From a virus: a stretch of 64,000 bases of DNA. The stretch lies in the IMG/VR virus record IMGVR_UViG_3300008261_000042. One strand, given 5' to 3'. Position numbers and translations under genes: made by a program. Below, piece by piece: positions 30,349-40,287 of the stretch (position 1 is the first letter of the stretch; every line of letters begins with the position of its first letter). Below the pieces are notes generated by a model. The model had not been told where the DNA came from. It worked only from the letters and a program-made list of their open reading frames with translations, and ran no database searches.

Positions 30349-32007
30349 ATGAGTCAATTATTTGGTTTTCTAATTAACAAAAACGGAGAGGGTAGGGGGC
30401 AATCCCCTATCCCTCCTAATCAAGATGATGGTGCTACGGTAGCCGCTGGTGGTTACTTTGGCACCTATGTTGATATAGAGGGTCTTCAAGGAAGTGAGTT
30501 TGATTTAATCAAACGTTATAGAGATATGTCATTACATCCAGAGTGTGACTCTGCTGTGGATGAAATTGTAAATGAATTTGTAGTTAGTGACGCAGATGAT
30601 TCTCCTGTAGAAATTGAATTATCTAATTTAGACGTTGGTGTAAATATTAAAAACAAAATTAGAGACGAATTTAACTATATTAAAAGGTTGATGCGTTTCG
30701 ATAAAAAAGCACACGAAATTATTCGCACATGGTATGTTGATGGTCGTATATTTTATCATAAAGTAGTAGATCTTGACAATCCAAAAAAAGGAATTTTAGA
30801 ACTTCGCTACATCGATTCCTTAAAAATTCGTAAAGTAAGACAGCAATTAAAAGATAAATCAAAAGCACAGGAACAAAGAGGAAGTGCTCTTGAATATGAT
30901 TGGGGCGATTATATTGATTATTATATCTACAACCCAAAAGGATTTGGCGCAAGTTTACCATCAAATTCTGCTTCAGATTTTAGTACCGCAAATGGTATTA
31001 AGATCGCAGCAGATTCTATTGCTACATCTAATTCTGGCTTGATGGATCTTAATAAAAAGATCAATTTAAGTTTCTTACACAAAGCAATCAAGTCACTCAA
31101 TCAACTTAGAATGATTGAAGACTCTCTTGTTATCTACAGATTGTCTCGTGCTCCAGAGCGTAGAATTTTCTATATTGATGTAGGTAATCTTCCTAAGGTA
31201 AAGGCAGAACAATATCTTCGTGACGTTATGGCACGTTACAGAAATAAGATGGTTTATGATGCTAACACTGGGGAGATTCGTGATGATAAAAAGCACATGT
31301 CAATGCTTGAAGATTTCTGGTTACCTCGTCGTGAAGGCGGTAGAGGAACTGAGATCACTACACTCCCAGGCGGTCAAAACCTTGGTGAACTCAAGGATGT
31401 TGAGTATTTCAAAAAGAAACTTTACAACTCACTCAACCTACCACCTTCCCGCCTTACGGATGACAACAAAGGGTTTAATCTTGGTAAGACCACAGAAGTT
31501 CTTAGGGATGAACTCAAGTTTGCTAAGTTCATCGGTCGTCTCCGCAAGCGTTTTTCGGAACTATTCCACGATATTCTCAAGACCCAACTAATCCTCAAAG
31601 GTATCATTACCCCAGAAGATTGGGAAGAAATGGAGGAACATATTCAATATGACTTCTTGTTTGATAATCATTTCAATGAACTAAAACAACAAGAACTCAT
31701 GATGCAACGTGTAAATCTTGCTACTCAGATGGATCCTTTTGTTGGCAAATACTTCTCTACAGAATATGTTCGTCGTCAAGTTCTCATGCAAACTGAGAAG
31801 GAGTTTAAAGAAATTGGCAAGCAGATGAAGAAGGATATTGAATCTGGTCTTGCATTAGATCCAGTTGATGTCAATTCAATGGATATGATGTCACAACAAA
31901 ATGATGCTATGCAACCAGAATTGGATGCTGCTGCTGCAGAAGCTGACTTTGAAAGGCAGAAACAATTAGCAGCACAAAAACCTAAAACTTCTAGTTCCAA
32001 TAAATAA
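30349..32007 (+). CDS. gp20: portal vertex protein gp20
   Basis: YRLSRAPERRIFYIDVGNLP...EDFWLPRREGGRGTEITTLPGG; late promoter at 30313-30319. Confidence 0.97.
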   Translation: MSQLFGFLINKNGEGRGQSPIPPNQDDGATVAAGGYFGTYVDIEGLQGSEFDLIKRYRDMSLHPECDSAVDEIVNEFVVSDADDSPVEIELSNLDVGVNIKNKIRDEFNYIKRLMRFDKKAHEIIRTWYVDGRIFYHKVVDLDNPKKGILELRYIDSLKIRKVRQQLKDKSKAQEQRGSALEYDWGDYIDYYIYNPKGFGASLPSNSASDFSTANGIKIAADSIATSNSGLMDLNKKINLSFLHKAIKSLNQLRMIEDSLVIYRLSRAPERRIFYIDVGNLPKVKAEQYLRDVMARYRNKMVYDANTGEIRDDKKHMSMLEDFWLPRREGGRGTEITTLPGGQNLGELKDVEYFKKKLYNSLNLPPSRLTDDNKGFNLGKTTEVLRDELKFAKFIGRLRKRFSELFHDILKTQLILKGIITPEDWEEMEEHIQYDFLFDNHFNELKQQELMMQRVNLATQMDPFVGKYFSTEYVRRQVLMQTEKEFKEIGKQMKKDIESGLALDPVDVNSMDMMSQQNDAMQPELDAAAAEADFERQKQLAAQKPKTSSSNK

Positions 32008-32027
32008 TATATAAATTAAATTTAATT

Positions 32028-32204
32028 ATGGAAAATTCAGTTGTAGATGTTGTGAATTTAATTCACGATAGAAAGAGAGCTGACGCTTTAGATAAGATCA
32101 ATGATCTTTTAAATACCAAGGCAGCAGAAGCGTTAGACACATATAAAAAAATTGTTGCCAACACTTATTTCAATGAACCAGTAGAGCAGATCGAAGACCA
32201 ATGA
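32028..32204 (+). CDS. small prohead-core-region protein (58 aa, not in ORF track)
   Basis: MENSVVDVVNLIHD...EQIEDQ*; late promoter at 32000-32006; ATGA overlap with gp21; syntenic with T4 gp67/68. Confidence 0.7.
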   Translation: MENSVVDVVNLIHDRKRADALDKINDLLNTKAAEALDTYKKIVANTYFNEPVEQIEDQ

Positions 32205-32845
32205 AACTAATCACGGAAAATATCGAAGAAGTAAACGTTCTTGTCGAAGAATCTAACGGCAAGAAAAATCTTTACATTGAAGGTATCTTCCTTCAATCAG
32301 AAATGAAGAACCGCAATGGAAGAGTTTATCCATTCGATGTTCTCGATCGTGAAGTTAAAAAGTATAGTGAGCAGTATGTAAATACTGGTCGTGCTCTAGG
32401 TGAACTTGGACACCCAGATGGTCCATCAATTAATCTAGATCGTGTATCACATAAGATTATTGAACTTCGTTCTGAAGGTTCAAACTTCTATGGCAAGGCA
32501 CGTATTCTCGATACCCCCATGGGTAAAATTGCTAAGTCACTTCTAGATGAAGGAGTGAAGCTTGGTGTTTCTTCCAGAGGCATGGGTTCTTTGGAAGAGC
32601 GCAATGGTGTGAAATATGTTCGTGATGACTTTATGCTTGCGACTGCTGCTGATATCGTAGCAGATCCTTCTGCTCCTGATGCTTTTGTTCAAGGAATCAT
32701 GGAAGGAAAAGAATGGGTTTGGGACAATGGTATTCTAAAAGAGTATCGTGTATCGGAGTATAAACAATATATTTCAGAAGCAACCCGCAGAAATTTGGAA
32801 GAGAGGAAGCTAAAAGCATTCCAACATTTCTTGTCAAATCTCTAA
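32201..32845 (+). CDS. gp21: prohead protease gp21
   Basis: NRNGRVYP...ALGELGHP...GVSSRGMGS...DIVADPSAPDAFV. Confidence 0.96.
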   Translation: MKLITENIEEVNVLVEESNGKKNLYIEGIFLQSEMKNRNGRVYPFDVLDREVKKYSEQYVNTGRALGELGHPDGPSINLDRVSHKIIELRSEGSNFYGKARILDTPMGKIAKSLLDEGVKLGVSSRGMGSLEERNGVKYVRDDFMLATAADIVADPSAPDAFVQGIMEGKEWVWDNGILKEYRVSEYKQYISEATRRNLEERKLKAFQHFLSNL

Positions 32846-32898
32846 TTTAATAAATAATCATAGAATAATCTTATAGGAAAATTACGAGGAAAACTCAA

Positions 32899-33932
32899 AT
32901 GTCAGATAAGTTAAACGAAAAGTTTGAGGAGCTTGTAACTGTGGTGGCAAAGATCCACAACCTACAGTTACCACTCAAGCAGTTGCTCCTTATCATCAAA
33001 CTCAAGGCACCGATCTCGGTGGTCCTAAGCCAGATGGTAATGACGAGGGTGAAGACAACCCTGGAGCAAAAGCTGCCGCTCCTATTACGCCAGTTAGTGG
33101 TGATCCCCAGCAAAGAGCTGGCGAATCAACTGGCATGAATGCAACGCCAACGGTTGGTGCTCAAGTAGCATATGGAACCAGCACTGGTCCAGATGTATCT
33201 TATCCAATCAAGCCTTCGTTTGAAGAGATCGACTTATCTGGTGACGTTGCTGCTCTTACGGAAGGTGAAGATCTTTCGGAAGATTTCAAAACAAAAGCAA
33301 AAACAATTCTAGAAGCTGCTGTCAAGTCACGTCTTGCTGAAGAGGCAGTAAAGCTAGAGGAAGCTTTTGAAGCTAAAGTTAATGAGAAAGTAGAAGCTAT
33401 TAAAGCAGAACTTTCCGAAGAAGTAATGGGAACCGTAAATTATGCTATTACCAATTGGGTAGAGCATAACCAAGTTGCTATTGATCGTGGTCTTCGCAAT
33501 GAGATTACTGAGGACTTCATCGCAGGTCTTAAGGGTCTCTTTGCTGAGCACTACATCAACATCCCCGACGAGAAAGTTGATGTTGTCGAGGAAATGACTG
33601 ACCAGCTTTGTGAGATGGAAGCACGCCTCAACGAACAGGTTGAGCGTAACATTGAATTAAATAAGCGTCTTGCTGAGTCGCATAAAGACATTATTCTGAA
33701 TCAAATTTCAGAAGGTCTTGCTGATACTCAGAAAGAAAAACTTGCTTCGCTAGCAGAGGGAGTAACATTTGAATCAGTAGAGAAATTTACTGAAGCAGTC
33801 AAGACTCTTCGTGAGTCATACTTCCCTAACGCTGCACCTATTGCAGACGTAACCGATGAAACTCCAGTAGAATCACAAGATATGGCACCAGCAATGGCAG
33901 CGTATCTAAATGCAATTTCACGCTGGAAGTGA
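32899..33932 (+). CDS. gp22: prohead scaffold/core protein gp22, frameshifted near 32940 (ORF track splits it into 32899-33138 and 33135-33932)
   Basis: Late promoter at 32850 and GAGGA RBS lead to MSDKLNEKFEELVT in frame 1. The scaffold-like sequence GGKDPQP...NPGAKAAAP continues in frame 3 from 32943 into LSEDFKTKAKTILEAAV...LRESYF. Confidence 0.8.
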
Positions 33933-33936
33933 ATTT

Positions 33937-33944
33937 TATAAATA
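33937..33944 (+). promoter_or_regulatory. T4 consensus late promoter for gp23
   Basis: TATAAATA followed by AAGGAG RBS. Confidence 0.85.
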
Positions 33945-33984
33945 ATACATAACTACTTTTCAAAGAAAACACAAGGAGACACTA

Positions 33985-35412
33985 ATGTTTAACGCTAGAC
34001 ATCTCCAGGAAAAGTGGGCACCTGTTCTTGAGCACTCCGAGGCTCCTTCCATTCAGGATAAGTATAGACAGGCTGTTACCGCAGTTCTCCTGGAAAACCA
34101 AGAGAGAGCACTCCGTGAGGAGAGAGCTATTCTTAACGAGACCACCCCTGTAAATAGCTTCACTGGTTCTGCAGGTCTTAATGGCGCATCAGGCGCTGCT
34201 CTATCATCAGCTGCTAATAACGCAACTGGACTTGCTGGTTTTGATCCAATTCTAATCAGCCTAGTTCGTCGTTCGATGCCAAATCTAATGGCATATGACG
34301 TTTGTGGTGTTCAGCCAATGAGCGGTCCTAATGGACTTATTTTCGCAATGCGTTCACGCTACGAGAATCAAGCTGGCGAAGAAGCACTCTTCAACGAACC
34401 AGATACTGGATTCTCTGCTGGTTACGACGCTGCACTTGGCGATTATAACGTTCGCAACGGTGCTGGTTCTGGTGGAGATTCTGAGGGTAACAACCCTGCT
34501 CTACTCAACGATGCTTCACCTGCAGCTAATGCTTATGAAGTTGCTCGTGGCATGAGCCGTGAGAACCTTGAGCGTATGGGCGAGTCAGGTCGTCTCTTCC
34601 GTGAGATGAGCTTCAGCATCGAGAAGACCTCTGTAACTGCAAAGTCCAGAGCACTACGTGCTGAGTACACTCTAGAGCTTGCACAAGACCTTAAGGCTAT
34701 CCATGGTCTTGATGCTGAGCAAGAGCTTGCCAATATTCTTTCCAGCGAAGTTCTTGCTGAGATCAACCGTGAGGTTGTTCGTACAGTTTATACTGTTGCT
34801 AAGAAAGGTGCTCAGAACAACGTTGCTAACGCTGGTATCTTTGACCTTGACGTTGATTCAAACGGTCGTTGGTCGGTTGAGAAGTTCAAGGGTCTTCTAT
34901 TCCAGATTGAGCGTGATGCTAATGCTATCGCTCAGGACACTCGTAGAGGTAAGGGCAACTTCCTAATTTGCTCGGCTGACGTTGCTTCAGCTCTTGCAAT
35001 GGCAGGCGTTCTTGACTATAGCTCAGGTCTAACTGGTGCTGGTGGTCCTTCCATCGGTGGCGTTGATGACACTGGCAACCTCGCAGTTGGCACCATCAAT
35101 GGTCGTATTAAGGTCTTCGTTGATCCTTATTCGGCTAATGTTTCGGACAAGCACTACTATGTCATGGGTTATAAGGGTTCTTCACCTTATGATGCTGGTC
35201 TATTCTATTGCCCATATGTTCCTCTCCAGATGCTCCGCAGCATTGATCCAGAGACCTTCCAGCCTAAGATTGGCTTCAAGACCCGTTACGGCATGGTATC
35301 GAACCCATTCGTTACCACCAACGGTGCTTATAATGGTACTCCTGATGGCGAGGCACTCACCGCTAACGCTAACATGTACTACAGAAGAGTACAAGTTATC
35401 AACCTCATGTGA
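33985..35412 (+). CDS. gp23: major capsid protein gp23
   Basis: LQEKWAPVL...GVQPMSGPNGLIFAMR...YCPYVPLQM...FQPKIGFKTRYG. Confidence 0.98.
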   Translation: MFNARHLQEKWAPVLEHSEAPSIQDKYRQAVTAVLLENQERALREERAILNETTPVNSFTGSAGLNGASGAALSSAANNATGLAGFDPILISLVRRSMPNLMAYDVCGVQPMSGPNGLIFAMRSRYENQAGEEALFNEPDTGFSAGYDAALGDYNVRNGAGSGGDSEGNNPALLNDASPAANAYEVARGMSRENLERMGESGRLFREMSFSIEKTSVTAKSRALRAEYTLELAQDLKAIHGLDAEQELANILSSEVLAEINREVVRTVYTVAKKGAQNNVANAGIFDLDVDSNGRWSVEKFKGLLFQIERDANAIAQDTRRGKGNFLICSADVASALAMAGVLDYSSGLTGAGGPSIGGVDDTGNLAVGTINGRIKVFVDPYSANVSDKHYYVMGYKGSSPYDAGLFYCPYVPLQMLRSIDPETFQPKIGFKTRYGMVSNPFVTTNGAYNGTPDGEALTANANMYYRRVQVINLM

Positions 35413-35430
35413 TTTATCCATAAGGTTTTT

Positions 35431-35455
35431 AAGCTCCCTTCGGGGAGCTTTTTTT
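35431..35455 (+). terminator. rho-independent terminator after gp23
   Basis: AAGCTCCC-TTCG-GGGAGCTT followed by T-run (cUUCGg tetraloop). Confidence 0.92.
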
Positions 35456-35490
35456 ATGCAAATAAATAGTAGATAGCTTGGGAAGTTGAC

Positions 35491-36003
35491 ATGCCTGCCA
35501 ATTGGTATAAGGAGCAACCATCAAATAGAAATTACCTATCCCCTATTGGATTTAAGATTGTTCTTGAATTATTTGAGGGGGTAGATTTCTTTTGTCAATC
35601 AGCAACTCTTCCAGAAATCTCTGTGCCAGTTACAGAAGTTCCAACTAGGTTTAGAAATTTTCCTATTGTTGGGGGAGGTGGAGTTTCTTATGGAGATCTT
35701 AATCTTACTTTTATTATTGATGAAGAATTAATTAACTACAAATCTATTCACAATTGGATTAGACGTAATGGAGCTTCTGAGCAGCATATGCCAACAAATG
35801 AGCCCCAGTACTCTGGTGGTCAGTTGCATATATTGACATCTAATTTTAATACTAACCATATTATAGATTACGAAAATTTATTTCCAGTTAGTTTAACTCC
35901 AATTCAATTTGATTCTACTGTCACCGATGTAGAATACTTTACAGCTCAAGTCGTTTTTAAGTATACTAATTACACAATTCGTGACGAAAACTTTAAACTA
36001 TGA
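35491..36003 (+). CDS. gp3: tail completion protein gp3
   Basis: NRNYLSPIGF...FFCQSATLP...FIIDEELINY; late promoter at 35462-35468. Confidence 0.85.
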   Translation: MPANWYKEQPSNRNYLSPIGFKIVLELFEGVDFFCQSATLPEISVPVTEVPTRFRNFPIVGGGGVSYGDLNLTFIIDEELINYKSIHNWIRRNGASEQHMPTNEPQYSGGQLHILTSNFNTNHIIDYENLFPVSLTPIQFDSTVTDVEYFTAQVVFKYTNYTIRDENFKL

Positions 36004-36476
36004 AATTTGAACAACTTGTTAAAATCTTTGACCACATCAAATCTGAGTGGAGCAAAGATACTGAAATTGATTTCCAATTTAAAAATAAAGAATACACAGA
36101 AGATCTCGCTAGGTTATCACTTGAGATCCCTTTCCAACACAATAAATACTTAAACCATTACACAGATCTTAGTCAAATTAAAACTTCTCTAGAGTTTGAA
36201 ATTAGAAAACTGGTTAGAGAAAAACGTGAGTACTACGGTGGGGAAGCAGATCCAAAAGTATACGCAGAAAAACCATTTGGATCTAGTATAAAAACTGCCG
36301 AGAAAATGAAGGTTTATCTTGAGTCAGACGAAGAGATCATTAATTTAGAAGCAAAGATCAAGTATGTTGATCAAGCTTTGCATTATCTAGATCAAGTTTT
36401 AAGGATGATTTCACAAAGAAATTATCATGTCAAGAATGCAATTGAATGGGAAAAATTCATTAATGGTGACACATAA
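36000..36476 (+). CDS. uvsY: recombination mediator UvsY
   Basis: IPFQHNKYL...EYYGGEA...RNYHVKNAIEW; precedes uvsW. Confidence 0.88.
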   Translation: MKFEQLVKIFDHIKSEWSKDTEIDFQFKNKEYTEDLARLSLEIPFQHNKYLNHYTDLSQIKTSLEFEIRKLVREKREYYGGEADPKVYAEKPFGSSIKTAEKMKVYLESDEEIINLEAKIKYVDQALHYLDQVLRMISQRNYHVKNAIEWEKFINGDT

Positions 36477-37939
36477 TGTCGAGAATTGTAATCCGCAAAA
36501 AGAACGAAGTATTTCTTCAGATCTTGTCCGAACCTCATGTTCATCGTGAGTTGTCGGACTATTTTTCTTTTGAAGTACCAGAAGCAAAGTTTCTAAAAAG
36601 AAATCCAAAGTATCGTTACTGGGATGGAACTATCCATTTGTATTCTCCAGCCACAGGAGAACTATATGGTGGTCTTTTGCCTCACTTGAAAGAGTGGTGT
36701 GGAGAACGTCAGTATCAACTTCAGTATGAAAATAACGATTGGTATGGGGAGGTAGAAGAAACTAATGGATTTGTTTCTCCTGCTGGAATCAAAGTGTTTA
36801 TGGATAAGATCTGTAAATATGCTCCAAGAGATTATCAATATGCGACGGTATACAAAGCACTGAAGAATAATCGTGGATTATTTTTGTCTCCAACTGGATC
36901 AGGAAAATCCTTGATGATTTATAGTATAGTGCGTTATTACGTAGCCACTAATAAGAAAATTTTATTGATCGTCCCAACAACATCGTTGGTTGAGCAGATG
37001 TTAAAGGACTTCAAAGATTATGGATGGAATGCCGACGAATTCTGTCATACAATTTATTCGGGCAAAGATAAGAACACAGATAAGCCTGTCATCATTTCTA
37101 CCTGGCAATCAATCTACAAATTTCCCAAAAGGTATTTTGACGATATTGACTGTGTTATCGGTGATGAAGCACACTTATTTAAGTCAAAATCTCTCACAGG
37201 AATCATGACTAAACTTCATAATGCTAAGTATCGTTTCGGATTTACTGGAACATTAGATGGAAGTAAAACTCACAAGTGGGTTCTTGAAGGATTGTTTGGC
37301 TCATGTGAAAAAGTTACGAAAACAGATGATCTGATTAAGAAAGGTCACTTGTCCAATTTTCGTATCAAGATTCTTGTCTGTAAGCATGAGTATCAATATT
37401 TTGAAGATTATCATTCCGAAATGGAATACATTGTGAACAATCGCAAGAGAAACAATCTTATTAAGAATCTCGTATGCGATATTGATGGCAACACATTAGT
37501 TTTGTTTAACTATGTGGAGAAGCATGGTATGCCATTGTTTGATTTAATAAATACTGCTATAGGGGGAGACCGTAAAGTTTTCTTTGTTCATGGTTCAACT
37601 GACGTTGAGGATAGAGAAGAAGTCAGATCTATTACTGAACAAGAAAATAATGCTGTAATTATTGCATCTTACGGAACCTTTAGTACTGGTATTAATATTA
37701 AGAAACTGCACAATATTATCTTTGCTTCACCATCTAAATCTAGAGTAAGAAATCTACAATCTATTGGTAGGGTATTACGTAAAGGAGAAGATAAAGATAT
37801 TGCTACTCTTTATGATATCGCTGATGATATCTCTTCAAAGTCAAGACAAAACTATACTTTAAACCATTTGGTAGAAAGAATTAAAATTTATGATGAAGAG
37901 AACTTTAAGTATGAAACAATAAAAATAGATTTAAGATAA
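36476..37939 (+). CDS. uvsW: RNA-DNA/DNA helicase UvsW
   Basis: SPTGSGKS, GDEAH, QSIGRVLR SF2 motifs. Confidence 0.95.
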   Translation: MSRIVIRKKNEVFLQILSEPHVHRELSDYFSFEVPEAKFLKRNPKYRYWDGTIHLYSPATGELYGGLLPHLKEWCGERQYQLQYENNDWYGEVEETNGFVSPAGIKVFMDKICKYAPRDYQYATVYKALKNNRGLFLSPTGSGKSLMIYSIVRYYVATNKKILLIVPTTSLVEQMLKDFKDYGWNADEFCHTIYSGKDKNTDKPVIISTWQSIYKFPKRYFDDIDCVIGDEAHLFKSKSLTGIMTKLHNAKYRFGFTGTLDGSKTHKWVLEGLFGSCEKVTKTDDLIKKGHLSNFRIKILVCKHEYQYFEDYHSEMEYIVNNRKRNNLIKNLVCDIDGNTLVLFNYVEKHGMPLFDLINTAIGGDRKVFFVHGSTDVEDREEVRSITEQENNAVIIASYGTFSTGINIKKLHNIIFASPSKSRVRNLQSIGRVLRKGEDKDIATLYDIADDISSKSRQNYTLNHLVERIKIYDEENFKYETIKIDLR

Positions 37940-37941
37940 CA

Positions 37942-38337
37942 ATGGAAGAAGAATTTTATTCAACTATTAAACTTACTTCTGGTGAAGAAATCATTGCTAA
38001 GGTATGTTATCTTCCTGATGAAGATTCTTTATTAATAGAGAATCCAATGACAGTAGAAGCTGTTAAAGGTAAATCTTCTCAGGAAGCATTCATACTAAAA
38101 GATTGGATTAAATCAAGTTATGATTCAATGTATATTATTAAAATGAATCAAGTCATTACTATGAGTGAGTTAGATAAAAAGATAGAAGTATTTTATTTAA
38201 AGAATTTATCTGGAGAAGGATTCATAGATCCAGATACTGTTAATATTAAACCTAATCAGTTTAGTCAAAGGATGGGTTACTTAGGATCTGTAAAGGAAAC
38301 TAAGAAGTTTCTAGAAGATATATTTAATAAAAGCTAA
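37942..38337 (+). CDS. conserved hypothetical protein (Sm-like fold suspected)
   Basis: TIKLTSGEEIIAKV N-terminus; typical position between uvsW and gp55. Confidence 0.65.
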   Translation: MEEEFYSTIKLTSGEEIIAKVCYLPDEDSLLIENPMTVEAVKGKSSQEAFILKDWIKSSYDSMYIIKMNQVITMSELDKKIEVFYLKNLSGEGFIDPDTVNIKPNQFSQRMGYLGSVKETKKFLEDIFNKS

Positions 38338-38391
38338 TGAGTATCTATAAGTAATTAATAGATATTATTAATCTTGAACCCTGACAGAGTT

Positions 38392-38420
38392 ATTCTACTG
38401 GGTTTTATGAGGTTTGTCAA
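38392..38420 (-). promoter_or_regulatory. sigma70-type promoter, antisense direction
   Basis: Minus strand TTGACA (38420-38415), 17 nt, TAGAAT (38397-38392). Confidence 0.6.
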
Positions 38421-38425
38421 CCCCC

Positions 38426-38454
38426 TTGACATTCCGATTGCCTCGTGTTATGAT
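38426..38454 (+). promoter_or_regulatory. sigma70-type promoter for gp55 operon
   Basis: TTGACA-17 nt-TATGAT with TG extension. Confidence 0.85.
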
Positions 38455-38489
38455 AGATTCAACACAATTATTTTTATTAGTGATGAACT

Positions 38490-38984
38490 ATGGCAAAAAC
38501 AAAAAGCAAGGAGTTCTATGTAAACAATAAGGAATTCCTACAAGCATTGATTGAATACAGAACAAAGGTCAAGCAAGCAAAGGAATCTGGATCTCCTCGC
38601 CCCATAGTTCCCAACTATATTGGTGACTGCTTTCTCAAGATTGCTACTCACCTATCATACAAACCAAACTTTGTCAACTACATGTTCCGTGAGGATATGA
38701 TTTGTGATGGCATTGAGAATTGTTTACAATACATTGATAACTTTGATCCAGAGAAATCACAAAACCCATTTGCATACTTCACTCAAATTATTTGGTATGC
38801 TTTCTTGAGGAGAATTCAAAAAGAAAAGAAACAACTTGAAATCAAGAACAAAATACTTGAGAGATCAGGTTACGATCAAGTTATGCACACAGATGATTAT
38901 GGTGCCGATATGGCTGGCATGAACCATAATTATTCTGATATGGGTAGTATCAAAGAAAACATTGAAACACGAATGAATCGATGA
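38490..38984 (+). CDS. gp55: late transcription sigma factor gp55
   Basis: YVNNKEFL...NFVNYMFREDMICDGIENC...NPFAYFTQI. Confidence 0.95.
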   Translation: MAKTKSKEFYVNNKEFLQALIEYRTKVKQAKESGSPRPIVPNYIGDCFLKIATHLSYKPNFVNYMFREDMICDGIENCLQYIDNFDPEKSQNPFAYFTQIIWYAFLRRIQKEKKQLEIKNKILERSGYDQVMHTDDYGADMAGMNHNYSDMGSIKENIETRMNR

Positions 38985-40024
38985 CAGTAGCACTTATCAC
39001 TGATCAACATCTTGATGGTAGAAAAGGAAGCATTGCTTTCTGGGAATACTTTAATAAGTTTTATGATGAAGTATTTTTTCCAACACTTAAGGAACGAGGG
39101 ATAACAACAGTTATAGACCTCGGAGATACTTTTGATAATCGTAAGAACATTGATTATAATGTTTGGGCTCGTATTCGCAGGAATTACTTTGATCGTCTTG
39201 CTGACAACAATATTTCAGTTCATATGATCTTGGGTAACCATTGTGTTTACTACAAGAACACGAATGAAATCAACGCACCAGATCTTCTTCTCGATACTTA
39301 CGATAATATTCAGATCTATTCTCAGCCAGAAACAGTAATGATTGAAGGCACTAAAATTCTAATGTTGCCTTGGATCAATGCTCAAAACTATGAAGAGACA
39401 ATGAGATGGATCAAGGATACCAGTGCCGAGATTGCTATGGGACATCTTGAACTGAATGGATTTGAAGTAACTCCTGGTATGCTTCATGAAGGTGGTATGG
39501 ATCCAGACATCTTCTTCAAATTCAAGCAAGTATTTTCTGGACACTTCCACCACAAGTCAAGTCGTGGTAACATTACTTACCTTGGCAATCCTTATCAGAT
39601 GTTCTGGAATGATTACAAGGATCCACGAGGATTTCATCTCTACGAACCAAAGTCAAATAAACTACAGTTCATCAAAAATCCATTTGAAATCTTCAAGAAA
39701 ATCTATTACGATGATTCACAACCACAAGAAATTAATCCAGAAGAATATGCTAATACTTATGTAAAAGTTGTTGTCGAACAAAAAACTGATTTCTTTAAGT
39801 TTGAAAAACTAATCGAATCTTTATACAACGCAAACGTCCTTGATCTTAAGATCATTGAAACAATGGTTGAAAAAGATAAGAAAGATGTGGACATTAATCT
39901 TGAAATTACCGATACGCTTTCTCTACTAAATGAATACATTGATGAGGTAGAGATGTCCGTAAATAAAAACGAACTTAAGTCAATTATGAGATCCCTATAT
40001 ATTGAAAGTTGTGAAGTAGTATGA
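38981..40024 (+). CDS. gp47: recombination endonuclease subunit gp47 (Mre11-like)
   Basis: ITDQH, DLGDTFD, GNH, GHLE, SGHFH phosphoesterase motifs. Confidence 0.95.
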   Translation: MTVALITDQHLDGRKGSIAFWEYFNKFYDEVFFPTLKERGITTVIDLGDTFDNRKNIDYNVWARIRRNYFDRLADNNISVHMILGNHCVYYKNTNEINAPDLLLDTYDNIQIYSQPETVMIEGTKILMLPWINAQNYEETMRWIKDTSAEIAMGHLELNGFEVTPGMLHEGGMDPDIFFKFKQVFSGHFHHKSSRGNITYLGNPYQMFWNDYKDPRGFHLYEPKSNKLQFIKNPFEIFKKIYYDDSQPQEINPEEYANTYVKVVVEQKTDFFKFEKLIESLYNANVLDLKIIETMVEKDKKDVDINLEITDTLSLLNEYIDEVEMSVNKNELKSIMRSLYIESCEVV

Positions 40025-40287
40025 TGTTTATTCTCACACTCAAAGATAAACCAGACGGCGTATTTTCAGTAATAAGCGACGAAGGTGAACAAATTATCCC
40101 TATTTTTGAGTGTGAGGATGATGCTGATAGATATCATTTTCAACTTACAATGCTAGATGATTATCCAGAGATGCAAATATATGAAATCGAAGAAGATTTA
40201 ATTGTTAATGCTTGCGAAGAGCGAGACCAAAAATATGCTATCATTACGATAGATGATTTCCTGATTCCACCAAAAGATTTACGATGA
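40021..40287 (+). CDS. conserved hypothetical protein
   Basis: 88-aa acidic ORF (FECEDDADRY) coupled between gp47 and gp46. Confidence 0.7.
   Translation: MMFILTLKDKPDGVFSVISDEGEQIIPIFECEDDADRYHFQLTMLDDYPEMQIYEIEEDLIVNACEERDQKYAIITIDDFLIPPKDLR

Noticed and set aside
35412-35491. Absence of gp24 after gp23
   Set aside because: Normal for marine and cyanobacterial T4-like phages
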